A DNA stretch of 64,000 nt, taken from NCBI GenBank assembly GCA_965248445.1, contig CBDFJG010000004.1, positions 1,504,001 to 1,568,000 on the forward strand, read 5' to 3'. This document shows, one piece after another, positions 1 through 9,939 of the stretch. This stretch comes from Planctomycetota bacterium. GTDB taxonomy: Bacteria; Planctomycetota; JAJSAM01; JAJVHW01. The number at the start of each line of letters is the position of its first letter. The first letter of the stretch is position 1. The position numbers were made by a program, and so were the translations under genes. The notes under the pieces were generated by a model. The model saw nothing but the letters and a program-made list of their open reading frames with translations. It searched no databases and was not told the DNA's origin.

Positions 1-990
1 GACTGGGCATTGAAGAAGTCGAGCGCGCGATGTCGGCGCTCTTGGACGCACTCGCACACGTCTGGGCGGCGCAGATCGCACATGGTGATCTGAAGCCTGG
101 GAACGTGCTCATTACGCCGACGGGAGCGGTCTCGATCATCGACTGGGAGTCTGCAGGCCGCCTCGGGCAGCCGCGCGCCGTTGGCACTGTTGGGTTCGTC
201 CCGCCCTGGCGCGGTCGCGCGGGCGCTGTTCACGACGTGCTTGACGATCAGTACGCACTCGCGTGCACGGCGTCGATGCTGGTTCACGCCGCGGGACTTG
301 GAGACGCGAGCGATTGGACGCCACCAGCGAAGTTCGCGGAGCGGCATCCGGAGGCTCCCGGAGCACTGCACGGGCTGTTTGCGGCCGTTGATGCGAGAGA
401 GCGACTTGAGTGGGAGCAGACCACTCCGGCATTGCGCGCGGATGACGCCGTACTTCGCGCCGCAGCTGTCACGTTGGCGCGAACGAGCATCGAGAATGCC
501 GGCGTGCTCTCTCCATCGATCCGCGTCGAATCGTGGTCCGCGGAGCTTCGCGGCCGCTTGCCATGGGCGGTGGCGGCGTTGCTCGCCGTTTACCGCGGTC
601 GGAATGTGGATCTTGCTGGTGACTCGGTCGAAGGCGTCGAACTCATCTGGCGCGGCGCCGAGGCCTCGGCTCCGCAGTCGCTGGTCCTGGCCCCTGCGGC
701 ACATGTTCTTGTCGAAGGCGAACTGCAGCGCGCCTCCGGTGGTGATCACGATGTGTGCCTGATCGTGTTGCAACCTGACGACACGCTGGAGGCACGGTGC
801 GAGTTCGTGCGCACCGTGCGTGCCGCCCTTCGCCCGATGCTCTCCGGTGACGATTCGCATGTGTTGCCCATTGCGGCGTCGCGCAAGATCGCCATCCGTG
901 ACGCGGTGATGCTCGATCCCACGCGGCGCTTGTCGGATTCGGAACAGGCGGGTCGGTCCATCGCTTCGCGAGAGCACTTCGCCGACCTAG
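1..990 (+). pseudogene. 5' part of an IS-interrupted hybrid kinase gene (Ser/Thr kinase domain); begins upstream of the window
   Basis: The frame is open from nt 3. It carries the HGDLKPGN catalytic loop, IIDWE (DFG-equivalent) and GTVGF. It reads into the IS and stops at 1019. It rejoins ORF 2696-5509 in frame when the IS is removed. Confidence 0.85.
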
Positions 991-2659
991 CCGCATCTGT
1001 TCACGAGACGTCGCGATGACGGTGCTTTCGGAGTCCACAGGGTCAGATCTTGGCCAGGCGAGGGCGGATGCTGTCGTCGTTGCCACAAGGGCAACGCGAG
1101 TGAGCGGCCGAAACGGCGCGGATTCTGCGGTGTGGGCAGACCGTAGGCCGGGCGGTGGTGTGGCGGACGGCGCGGCGGGACGTCAGGTCGGCTTCGGGGA
1201 TGCCAGCAGTCGTTGCGCGCAGCGCTCGAAGACGTGCTGCCAGGGCCACGACGAGGACATCGAGACCCAGATCCGGCGCGTCGTGATCCGCACGAGCGCG
1301 CCGATCTTGAGCAGCCGCAGGCGGATCGTGCCGGCTTGCGCACGCGCCATCTCGGTGCCGGCGAGACCGATGCGTCGCAGCGCACAGGTCAGGACGTAGG
1401 CCATGGCCGACATGGCCATCCGCACGGCGTTGCCCTGCATCGTGTGCACCGACAGACGGGTGCCGAAGAGCTCGAGCTGCTGCTCCTTGATGCGATTCTC
1501 CGCCTCGCCCCGGGCGCAGTAGAGCTGCTCGTAGAGACGCTTGCTGCTCCAGCTACGAGGCGGCAGATTGGTCACCACGAAGCGGGGATTGCGCTTGCCG
1601 CCCGGCAGGTGCTCGGCCTTGGCGACCACGCGACGCCTCTGGCTCCAGCTCCCCAGCGTGGTCCAGGCAAAGTCGCGAAAGACCCGGGCTGCTCGGCCGG
1701 TCTGCACGGCACGGGCTGCGGCCTCATCGAGCGCGTCTTCGACGTGTCGCTCAAGGCGCTCATTGCGCGCCATGCCCAGCAGGTAGAAGTGGCCGGCGGC
1801 CTCGCACCAGGCCATCAGCTCCTCGCGGCAAAAGCCCGAGTCTGCGCGCACGAGCACCTTGGCCCGGGGCCAGCGGCGCCGCAGACGTAAGACCAGCGCA
1901 CGGAGCTCGTCCACGACTCCGCGCGCGGGATCTCTGTCAGCGGTCTGGAGCCGAGCGAGCAAGAGGTGCTCGCCGCAGAAGACGTACAGCGGCAGGTAGC
2001 AGTAGTGCCCGTAGTAGCCGTGGAAGAAGCGGCCCTCCTGCCGGCCGTGCAGCCGCACGTCGGAGTGGTCCAGGTCCAGCACGAGCAGGCCCGGATCCTC
2101 CGGCCCCATGGCCTCGCAGAAGACGTCGCTGAGCACGCTGTCCACGCGCTCCTGGTCCATCTCGATCTTGGCGTAGCGCGTCTGTGCCGTGGCGCCGAGC
2201 TGCGTGGTCTCGAGCCGCGAGAGCGTCGGGTGCGTGGCCAGAGCACCCTCGCGCTTGCCGCACGCCGCGGCAAACAGCGGGTCCTTGCCGACATGGTCGT
2301 GGTCCACCAGATCCTCGTAGCCCGCGCACAGCCCGAAGACCCGCTGACGCAGCATCTGGCCGACCGTGTGCTCGACCCGACGCGGGTCCCGGTGGTCCCC
2401 GAAGCAGCGCGCAAACCGCGAGAGCAGATCGATGCGACGATCGACCCGCTCGAGCAGCAGCACGCCCCCGTCGCTCGTCACGGTACCGGCGTCGAAGCGC
2501 GTCACCGCGGTGCGTCCACAGATGCCCGCGAAGAGGGTCCCCTGCGGGCTACAGTCTGTCGTCATCGGGCCGGCGCTCCTGTCGGTGCAAGTACTAGCGA
2601 GTACGAGCACTTAGACAGACGACGGCCCGCTCAGATTCCCGGCTGGTGAACGATTCGGG
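991..2659 (-). mobile_element. IS1380-family insertion sequence (1669 bp)
   Basis: Imperfect terminal IRs CCGCATCTGTTCACGAG / CCCGAATCGTTCACCAG (11/17 match), flanked by CTAG at 987-990 and 2660-2663. Contains a single transposase ORF. Confidence 0.92.
1183..2565 (-). CDS. IS1380-family DDE transposase
   Basis: TSDGG, GYED, LDLD..HG.QEG.F.HGYY..YCY.PL, VRADSGF and Y..RG.AEN.IKE motifs typical of IS1380 transposases. Confidence 0.93.
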   Translation of the reverse strand: MTTDCSPQGTLFAGICGRTAVTRFDAGTVTSDGGVLLLERVDRRIDLLSRFARCFGDHRDPRRVEHTVGQMLRQRVFGLCAGYEDLVDHDHVGKDPLFAAACGKREGALATHPTLSRLETTQLGATAQTRYAKIEMDQERVDSVLSDVFCEAMGPEDPGLLVLDLDHSDVRLHGRQEGRFFHGYYGHYCYLPLYVFCGEHLLLARLQTADRDPARGVVDELRALVLRLRRRWPRAKVLVRADSGFCREELMAWCEAAGHFYLLGMARNERLERHVEDALDEAAARAVQTGRAARVFRDFAWTTLGSWSQRRRVVAKAEHLPGGKRNPRFVVTNLPPRSWSSKRLYEQLYCARGEAENRIKEQQLELFGTRLSVHTMQGNAVRMAMSAMAYVLTCALRRIGLAGTEMARAQAGTIRLRLLKIGALVRITTRRIWVSMSSSWPWQHVFERCAQRLLASPKPT

Positions 2660-2663
2660 CTAG

Positions 2664-5509
2664 TCGAATCCGCACGTCGGATTCTCGACCAGGGGTTGGT
2701 GGCGCGCGCCTCGGAACTCGCCGCGCGAGCGAGTGCTGCGTTGCGCAGTCACCGTCATGCCTGCAACCTCACGAGCACTGCAAAGCTCGTGGACGTCTGG
2801 TTGGGCGCGGGTCGACTTGCCGAAGCTGAGTCGGTCTTGACCGAGAGCCCGAGGTTGATGCAGCACGACATCGGTCAAGTCCTTCGCGCCCGCGTTGCCA
2901 TGCGGCACGGCGATGTTGACACAGCGATGGAGTGCGCCGGACGGCTCCGATCCCCAGATGGACCGCGAGCTCAGCTGATCCGAGCAAACGCTCAGCTCCA
3001 ACTCGGAGAACTGAGTAACGCGTACACGGCATCGCGTGCCGGCACCCGCCGACTCCGCGCGTCTGGCTCAGCTGTCGCGAGCAGAACGGGCCTCGGACTG
3101 CTCGCGATTCAAGCGCAAGCACTCCGCCGGATGGGGAGGCTCGAGTCAAGTGGGCGCATTCTGAGGCTCTGTCGCCGGATCGCCGACCGCCTCGGGTCGG
3201 CCCGGGCCGGTCTGCGAGCGGAAGCCAACCTGCTAATGCTCGACGCGGTCCGCCGCACTCCACGCGAACGCGCGAGCGGGTGGCAGGCGCTCGCGCGCCG
3301 GTGTGGTGGCACTGGAATGACCGCAGCCGCGCGTCGGCACTCGATTCGAGCCGCACTCGACTGGCTTGAGGCCAAGGACCCACTCTCAGCCGAACTCGCG
3401 CTGGGTCAGTACTCCAGTGAGTCGGACCGCGGCCAATGGCGCGAGCTCGTCTGGCTGTGCCAGTTCTTTGTGCAGACTCGTCTGGAGCGCTGGTCGGAGC
3501 TTCCGCCGGCATACGAAGACAAGCTCACAAACACGTCCTCTGTGCGACTCGCCATCGCTCGGGAACTCGCCAACCAACCGTCACTCGACGGATCGGCCAC
3601 GGCACAAACACTACGCTCGGACTTCGCGCGGGGTGCTCGTCTACTTAGGCGCCTGAGTGATCGCGAGCACCCGCGGCCGTCGCGTGTCTGCGTCGCGGCG
3701 GCTGCGGCGCTTGTCGAAGCGGACACCATCGGACCGTCCGCCGGGCACGTTGCGCGGGAGCTCGCGCGCGCATTGCTGCGCGTTCCTCCCGCTGCGGCGG
3801 TGCACGTCATCGATCAGGTGATCGGGGGGCTCGATGCCGCGGATGGCGTTGATGCCTCGTTGGCGGTCGCGGTCGTGGCGATTGCGCGCGGTCATCGCCC
3901 CGCCGCGGAGCTACTGGCGCGCGTTGTTGAAGCCGCGGCGGACGGCGATCACGCTCGCCCATACGGCACTTGGGTCTGGGAGTGGCGGCTCGCTGCTGCG
4001 AGGGCCCGAGCGTGGGCGTGGGACCGCGATCCCTTCCTGACGGAACTCGCGGAGGTAGTCACGTCGGCGCAGGGGTTCCTTGAGAGCGCGGGCTCTGCTC
4101 TGTCACGCGCCTCGCTCGAAGAGGCGGAGTCGACCATCCGGGACTCACCACAAGAGGCGAAGGCTGCGGGGGAAGCCGGCTCGCCAGCGAGTGAGGGCCC
4201 CACATCACGCAACGCCTCGCTGTCGGCTCGTCAGTTGCGCGGCTACGAGGTGTTGTCGCAGGTGACGATGCGATTGCAGGAGCGGCGAGCCGTAGAGACG
4301 GTGCTGCGCGAGGTAGCCCAGGGTGTGCGCCAGGTGTGCGAGGCGGATAGTGCGGTTGTGCTCTATCGCGAGGCCGACGACACGATGCGTGCGCTGACCG
4401 CTAAGGCATCGGGTGTGGAAGAAGTAGATCCGGCGTCCGCTGAGGTGAGCCGTTCGGCAATCCGGTTGGTGCGAGAAGGGGGCGAGGCGCGCGTGTTCGA
4501 CGACGCGGTAGCGCAGCCTGGCCTTGCCGGCGCTGAGAGCATCAGACGATATCGCCCTCGCGCCCTGATGGTTGCGCCTCTGCGACACGGAGACGAGGTG
4601 TTCGGTTGCGTGTACGTCGAGAATCGCTCCGCGCCGCGTGCCTTCGAGGCGCCAGATCTGGCGCTGTTGGAGTGTTTCGCTGCTCAGGCCGCGGTCGCGC
4701 TCGAGAACGCCGCGCTCTTCAGCCGAGCCGCAGAAGCGATCGCCGAGTCGCGGCGGGTTCAGGTCGAATCCGTGCGCGCCGAGGGCCTCCGGTTGCTTGG
4801 CCAAATGACCAGCGAGGTCGCTCACGAGTTCAACAACCTGCTCGCGGTGATCCAGGGCGAGGCGCAGTTCTGTCTGGGCGAGGAGATCTCGCAAGACACT
4901 CGCGAGTCGCTGACTACCGCCCTGTCGGCGTCGCGTGACGCGGCGACGGTGATCGAACGCATCCGCGACGGAACTCACGGCGTGTCAGTTGAGCGGCTCC
5001 AGGTCTCGGTCACTGAGCTGATCGGCGACTCGATCGCGTTCTCGCGCCCACGCTATAAGGCGGCGTCTGTGACGGTAGAGAACTGGGTGAGTAAGGACGA
5101 GTCGCTTCGCGGTCTGGCAATCAGGGGGTCGCGAGCGGAGCTGCGCGAAGTCGTGGTGAATCTCCTTCTGAACGCCGCGGATGCGTGCCCCGCTGGCGGC
5201 ACCGTCACCGTGTCGGCGCTGAAGCACGACGACGATACCGTCGAGATCGTCGTGTCGGACGATGGGGAGGGCATGTCGCTCGAGACCGCCGCTCGCGTCT
5301 TCGAGCCCTTCTTCACGACCAAGCAGGACACCGGCACTGGGCTTGGGCTAAGCGTCGTGAAGCGTGTGATCGAAGCGCACGACGGCCGAATCTTCGTTGA
5401 GAGTGAGCTCGGGGTCGGAACGCAAATGCACGTCGTCCTACCGACAGGTGTGCTGGAACCGACACTCGATGAGCTGCTCTTCCCCGGTCTTACGACGGTT
5501 GAGCAGTAG
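2664..5509 (+). pseudogene. 3' part of the interrupted hybrid kinase: helical/TPR-like region, GAF, HisKA, HATPase_c
   Basis: GAF (ALMVAPL..G.V.G.VYVEN..F...DL.LL..FA.QAAVALEN), H-box EVAHEFNNLL, N-box NLLLNAADA, DDGEGM, FEPFFTTK, GTGLGL. Confidence 0.88.
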
Positions 5510-5541
5510 CAGCGGCACGCGGGTTCGGGCTGTCGAATCGA

Positions 5542-5574
5542 AAACGGCCACACGCTTACGGCGTGTGGCCGTTT
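5542..5574. terminator. Probable bidirectional intrinsic terminator
   Basis: Perfect 14-bp inverted repeat AAACGGCCACACGC-TTACG-GCGTGTGGCCGTTT between convergent genes. Confidence 0.8.
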
Positions 5575-5599
5575 CCCTTGGATCGGTTGTGACGCTAGA

Positions 5600-5956
5600 T
5601 CAGTCGATCTCGATGGGTGTCTCGACAGACGAGACGAACTCCGCGCTGACCGCGGTTGTGTACGTGCCCGGGTTGGACGGCGCCATGATCATCGTCGAGC
5701 CCCAGCCGAGCTGGGCCATCGCGACGGGAACACCGACGCCTGGCGCCGGGCCCTGGAGCAACATCACGTCCTGGCCCATGAGCTCCACTGGTGTGGTGAT
5801 CTCGAAGACCGTGGTCATGCCATCGTCCGAGACTGCGGTGATCGCAGCGGGGGCACCATTGGCGTTTGCCGGTGTGGCCGGTGCCAGCGAGCCGAGCGCA
5901 AGAACGGCAGCTGCCAAGCCTGTGAGCGCAAAGCGGTTGAGACGGCGCTTTTGCAT
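5600..5956 (-). CDS. Small secreted protein of unknown function (118 aa)
   Basis: Strong RBS GAGGAGG, signal peptide ending A-N-A, and a terminator hairpin downstream. Confidence 0.8.
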   Translation of the reverse strand: MQKRRLNRFALTGLAAAVLALGSLAPATPANANGAPAAITAVSDDGMTTVFEITTPVELMGQDVMLLQGPAPGVGVPVAMAQLGWGSTMIMAPSNPGTYTTAVSAEFVSSVETPIEID

Positions 5957-6201
5957 CTATTCCTCCTCTCGACGCCGGGACATCCCGGCTTTCGAGCCCT
6001 TATCAGGTGCTGAGCCTCCCTCCAGGAGCGGACGCGTGGTCACCCACACAAGCCTGTCCACCGGAAGCGGCACCTGACTCCGGGGAAGGTATCTCGATCC
6101 GGGAATCTGGTCAACTCAGAATGATAACGGGGTGGCCTCTCCAGGCGTGATTCGGCGCGATAATCGGGTGCCGGGGGCCGTGTTGGTCGCGTTGTAAAGC
6201 G

Positions 6202-6362
6202 TGTGGAGAAAACGAGTTAGCGATGCTGATGGCGCGATTGGGGGTGCCTGCCCCAGGCTGTCATAAAAAATGGACACTTTGGCGAGTCCCGCGCCGCTCA
6301 ATGTGGAAAACCCGGCAGAGGGGCCCGCAGTCTGGGGGCTGAGCCGGGCGGGGTGTGGAGAA
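6202..6362. promoter_or_regulatory. Three co-oriented DnaA-box-like 9-mers in a divergent intergenic region
   Basis: TGTGGAGAA at 6202-6210, TGTGGAAAA at 6302-6310 (perfect TTWTNCACA on the minus strand), TGTGGAGAA at 6354-6362. Confidence 0.4.
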
Positions 6363-6554
6363 CCCACGGCCCCCGGAGCGCATCTCTCTCCGGAGGGAAT
6401 CGCGCAATTCTGATCCGTCGCACGGCGTGCGGCGCGGGCCGGGTGTCTCTTGGGGCTTTCCGGGGCCGGGTCTCCGCGGCGAGACTCAGGCCTTGCGGCG
6501 TCCCCTGGCCGCGAGCACGCACGGCGGTGGGCGCCGGGAGGACAGCGCGGCCCG

Positions 6555-7202
6555 ATGGACGAACCGAGCGACATCGATCTCGTCGATCAGCTCGGCAGCT
6601 CCGACCGGGCGGAGCGGCAGAAGGCGTTCACCACGCTGTTCGAGCGGCACAGCCGCCGCGCCTACGACCTCGCGCACCGCGTGCTGAACGACCGGGCGCT
6701 CGCCCACGACGCCGTCCAGGAGGCGTTCATCCGGGTCTACAAGAAGGGGGCGCGGTTCCAGGCGCGCGCGCGCTTCACGTCATGGCTCTACCGCGTCGTG
6801 CTCAACAAGTGCATCGACCTGCGCCGCCGGGAGAAGCGCCACCGCATGGCGTCGCTCGGTCCGCGGCCGGGCAAGGACGGGGCGCTCTCTGGGAGCGGCC
6901 TCGAGGGCGGCGTCCCCGAGCCTGCGGCGCCCGCGTCGAGCGGGCCTCACGACGTAGCGATCGTCGGCGAGCGGGCCGAGATCGTGCAGTGGGCCATCAC
7001 GCAGCTCAGCCCCAAGCTCGCCGAGGTGATCGTGCTGCGCTACCCGCAGGGCCTCAGCTACGAGGAGATCGGCGAGATCCTCGAGGTGCCGCCGGGCACC
7101 GTGAAGTCCCGCCTGAACCGTGCGCACGCGGCGCTCCGAATCGTGCTCGCGGAGGCCCTCGGCGAGGCTGACTCTGAACCGGGGCCGCAGTCAGGCGTTT
7201 GA
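6555..7202 (+). CDS. ECF RNA polymerase sigma factor
   Basis: Region 2 (DAVQEAFIRVY..F.SWLYR) and region 4 (LSYEEIGEIL..PPGTVKSRLNRA); GGAGG RBS upstream. Confidence 0.93.
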   Translation: MDEPSDIDLVDQLGSSDRAERQKAFTTLFERHSRRAYDLAHRVLNDRALAHDAVQEAFIRVYKKGARFQARARFTSWLYRVVLNKCIDLRRREKRHRMASLGPRPGKDGALSGSGLEGGVPEPAAPASSGPHDVAIVGERAEIVQWAITQLSPKLAEVIVLRYPQGLSYEEIGEILEVPPGTVKSRLNRAHAALRIVLAEALGEADSEPGPQSGV

Positions 7203-7375
7203 GATGTCGAGGGATGACCTGGCGGGGACATTCTGAAACGACTGTGTGCCCTGCCGCGTCCATACGTCATGTAAGAGGGATGGGCAGATCTTCTGGCTCG
7301 ACGGCTGAGGCCGTTGACGCGGCACGCGGCGCACGCGCACGAGCGTCCCCGCCGCAGCGAGGGATGAGCGCGAGA

Positions 7376-9094
7376 ATGACCAGCAGAAAGACCGAGTCGA
7401 CCGACCGCGCCACGGGCGTGGCGTCGCGGCTCGGCGGGCTGCTCTCGCTCGCTCTCCTCGCGCCGCTTGCGCTCGGCACCGGCTGCGAGCCGACGGAGAC
7501 CAAGATCCTCCCGCCTCTGCCGCCGCCGGTCTTCGAGGTCGCGGGCACCAACCTGCGGGGCGACGTGCTCCCGGAGGGGGAGACGCTCGAGATCCGGTTC
7601 ACCCGGCCGCTCGACACCGGGTCCGCGCGCCCCAACGCGGTGCGGCTGCGCCGCGAGTCCGGCCGTCGCGTGCGAAGACTGCGCGCGTGGGCCGAGGGCG
7701 ACACGCTGTTCATCGAGCCGGCGCCCGGACGGTCGTTCCCGCGCAGCGGCGATCTGGTGCTGAAGCTGCAGGGCCGTCCGTCCCCGCGCGGTGTGCGCTC
7801 GGCAGCCGGCGAACCTCTCGCGCGGATGGACAAGATCGTGTTCCGCATCGGGCCGCCGCGGCGGGTGGACCTGACCGGACCGCGGCTGGTGTCGAGCTGG
7901 CCCGTGGACGGGGCGCGCGACGTGGACACGGGACGTCCGCTCGAGTTGCACATGAGTGAGCCGCTCGCCCGCGGCAGCGTGCGGCGGGGCGACGCGGTGG
8001 CGCTGTTCGTCAACGCCAAGCGCGTGGCGGCGCGGCTGCGGCTCTCTGCAGACCACACCGCCGTCGTGGTGCGCCCGCGCCGTCCGCTGCCCGCGCAGGC
8101 CACCGTCGAACTGCGCGTGCTCGGCGCGCTGCTCGACCGCAAGGGCAACCCAGCGCATGACGCGACCGTCACGTTCACGACATCGCCGCGCCGGCACCGC
8201 GAACTGGTCGAAGAGTTCGTGGACGTGGAGCGCGCCGACCCCGCCGGCACGACCTCGGCGTGGGCCGACCCGCTCTCGCCGGGACACCTCGTGGCGCAGC
8301 CCGGTCGCGTCGTATGGCGCGCGGTGGGCGACGGTGTGGACGAGCAGCACGCTGACCTCGGTCCGCAGCAGACCGTCCGGTTCCAGGTGCTCGTGCCGGC
8401 CGACGACAGCGACGGCGTCACCGCCTCGGCCCTGCGGCTGCGGCTCAGTGGCGCCCTCGACGGCGGTCACGTCCTGCGTGCCGAGGTCCTGGCCGGTGCG
8501 ACCGACCTCACCGCGCTCGACCCCACGTTCGACGGAAACCTCGAGGAGTCCGGAGCGATCACCGTGGCCCACGTCGACCGTCCACTGCCGGTGGATGGCG
8601 AGTTCGGCGGCGAGGTCGAGATCCCCTTCGACACGCCGCTGCGCCTGGCGGGGCGGCTGGGCATGCTGCTCGACGTGACGCTCGAGACAACGCCCGGCGT
8701 GCGCATTGCCGCAATCGAAGGCGGCTTCGGGATCGCGCGGATCGAGGGGCGCGCGGACGACGGACTCGTACCCGACATCGAACTGCTCGTCACAGGCGGC
8801 AGTCCGCGCGCGCTCTCGACCTGGTTCGACAGCGGCGTCGTGCGTCCCACGTGGGGTACGGCGGTCGTCGACGCATGGGCCGGCGCGGGCGCGCCCGGCG
8901 CGCACGTGGAGTTCCAGTCCGCGGCAGCCGGTCCCGATGGCGCTCCGGATCTCGCTCGGTCGAGCGAGTGGCAGCAGCGCCTCGAGGATCTGCCCGCGCT
9001 CCGCTTCGTGCGGTTCCGCGTGCGCTTCGATGGACTCGGTGCCGGCGACGATCCGCCGAGCGTCGATCGCATCATCATCCCGTACGAGTACTGA
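7376..9094 (+). CDS. Lipoprotein with Ig-like (Big_5-type) domains
   Basis: Lipobox LGTGC and two Ig-like repeats (EIRFTRPLD..S; P.LVSSWP.DGA.DV...LELHMSEPL). Start codon uncertain. Confidence 0.65.
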   Translation: MTSRKTESTDRATGVASRLGGLLSLALLAPLALGTGCEPTETKILPPLPPPVFEVAGTNLRGDVLPEGETLEIRFTRPLDTGSARPNAVRLRRESGRRVRRLRAWAEGDTLFIEPAPGRSFPRSGDLVLKLQGRPSPRGVRSAAGEPLARMDKIVFRIGPPRRVDLTGPRLVSSWPVDGARDVDTGRPLELHMSEPLARGSVRRGDAVALFVNAKRVAARLRLSADHTAVVVRPRRPLPAQATVELRVLGALLDRKGNPAHDATVTFTTSPRRHRELVEEFVDVERADPAGTTSAWADPLSPGHLVAQPGRVVWRAVGDGVDEQHADLGPQQTVRFQVLVPADDSDGVTASALRLRLSGALDGGHVLRAEVLAGATDLTALDPTFDGNLEESGAITVAHVDRPLPVDGEFGGEVEIPFDTPLRLAGRLGMLLDVTLETTPGVRIAAIEGGFGIARIEGRADDGLVPDIELLVTGGSPRALSTWFDSGVVRPTWGTAVVDAWAGAGAPGAHVEFQSAAAGPDGAPDLARSSEWQQRLEDLPALRFVRFRVRFDGLGAGDDPPSVDRIIIPYEY

Positions 9095-9118
9095 GGCGGA
9101 TCTCCGCCGCCGGCTCGT

Positions 9119-9742
9119 CTACTCGGGAAGTTGGTTCGCGCTCTCGATGATCGTGGTGATCAGGCCGTAGTCCTTGGCCTCGTTCGCGGTCATCCAGTAG
9201 TCGCGGTGCGTGTCCTTCTCGATGCGCTCCACGGGCTGCCCGGTCTCCTCGGACAGGAGGCCGTTGATGAACCCCCGTAGCTTCAGGATCTCCTGGGCGC
9301 CGATGGCGACGTCGCTGGCCTGACCCTGGAGGCCCATGGACGGCTGGTGAAGCAGGAAGCGCGTGCTCGGCGTCGCGTACCGGTGGCCCTTGTCAGCACC
9401 CAGCAGGATGATCGTCGCGGCGCTGGCTGCCAGCCCCACGCAGATCGAGTGCACCGGGCTCTTGACGAAGCGCATCACGTCGTAGATCGCGAAGCCCGCG
9501 TCCACGGAGCCGCCGGGCGAGTTGATGTAGACGCGGATCGGCTTTTCGCTGTCGGCGGCGTCCATCGCCAGGAGCTGCGCGACGATCTTGGCCGAGAGCT
9601 CGTCGCTCACGGCTCCGGTGAGGATCACCGCGCGGGCGTCGAACAGGTACTTGAGCAGCGGCGCGCTGTTCTTCTTCTCGTCGTCGCCGTCGTCATCGTC
9701 GCCTGCGCGAGCCGGAATTCTTCTGCCGTCGAAGGTCGTCAT
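9119..9742 (-). CDS. clpP: ATP-dependent Clp protease proteolytic subunit
   Basis: YINSPGG, GLAAS (catalytic Ser), LHQP (His), RDYWM (Asp). Confidence 0.95.
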   Translation of the reverse strand: MTTFDGRRIPARAGDDDDGDDEKKNSAPLLKYLFDARAVILTGAVSDELSAKIVAQLLAMDAADSEKPIRVYINSPGGSVDAGFAIYDVMRFVKSPVHSICVGLAASAATIILLGADKGHRYATPSTRFLLHQPSMGLQGQASDVAIGAQEILKLRGFINGLLSEETGQPVERIEKDTHRDYWMTANEAKDYGLITTIIESANQLPE

Positions 9743-9939
9743 CACCATCTCCTGGACGCCCTGAAACCGAGGCGCGGCATCGTAGCAACCCCCCTCGGCG
9801 CGACTCCGAGAATGCAGCGGGCAGCACGCCGGAGTGGGGGACCGCAAGAAGGGCGGTTGCGCGCCGCATCCGCCCTGACGACACTAAGTCGGGCGAGGTC
9901 ACCCGTCGTTCGGCGCCCCTTCTGCCCGGCTGAGGTGCC

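Noticed and set aside
30..1019. Standalone kinase or class III/IV lanthipeptide synthetase
   Set aside because: No cyclase domain or precursor peptide is visible. The ORF's stop lies inside the IS, and the frame continues into the GAF-HK.
1016..1399. 127-aa ORF apparently coupled to the kinase
   Set aside because: It lies wholly within the IS1380, antisense to the transposase end.
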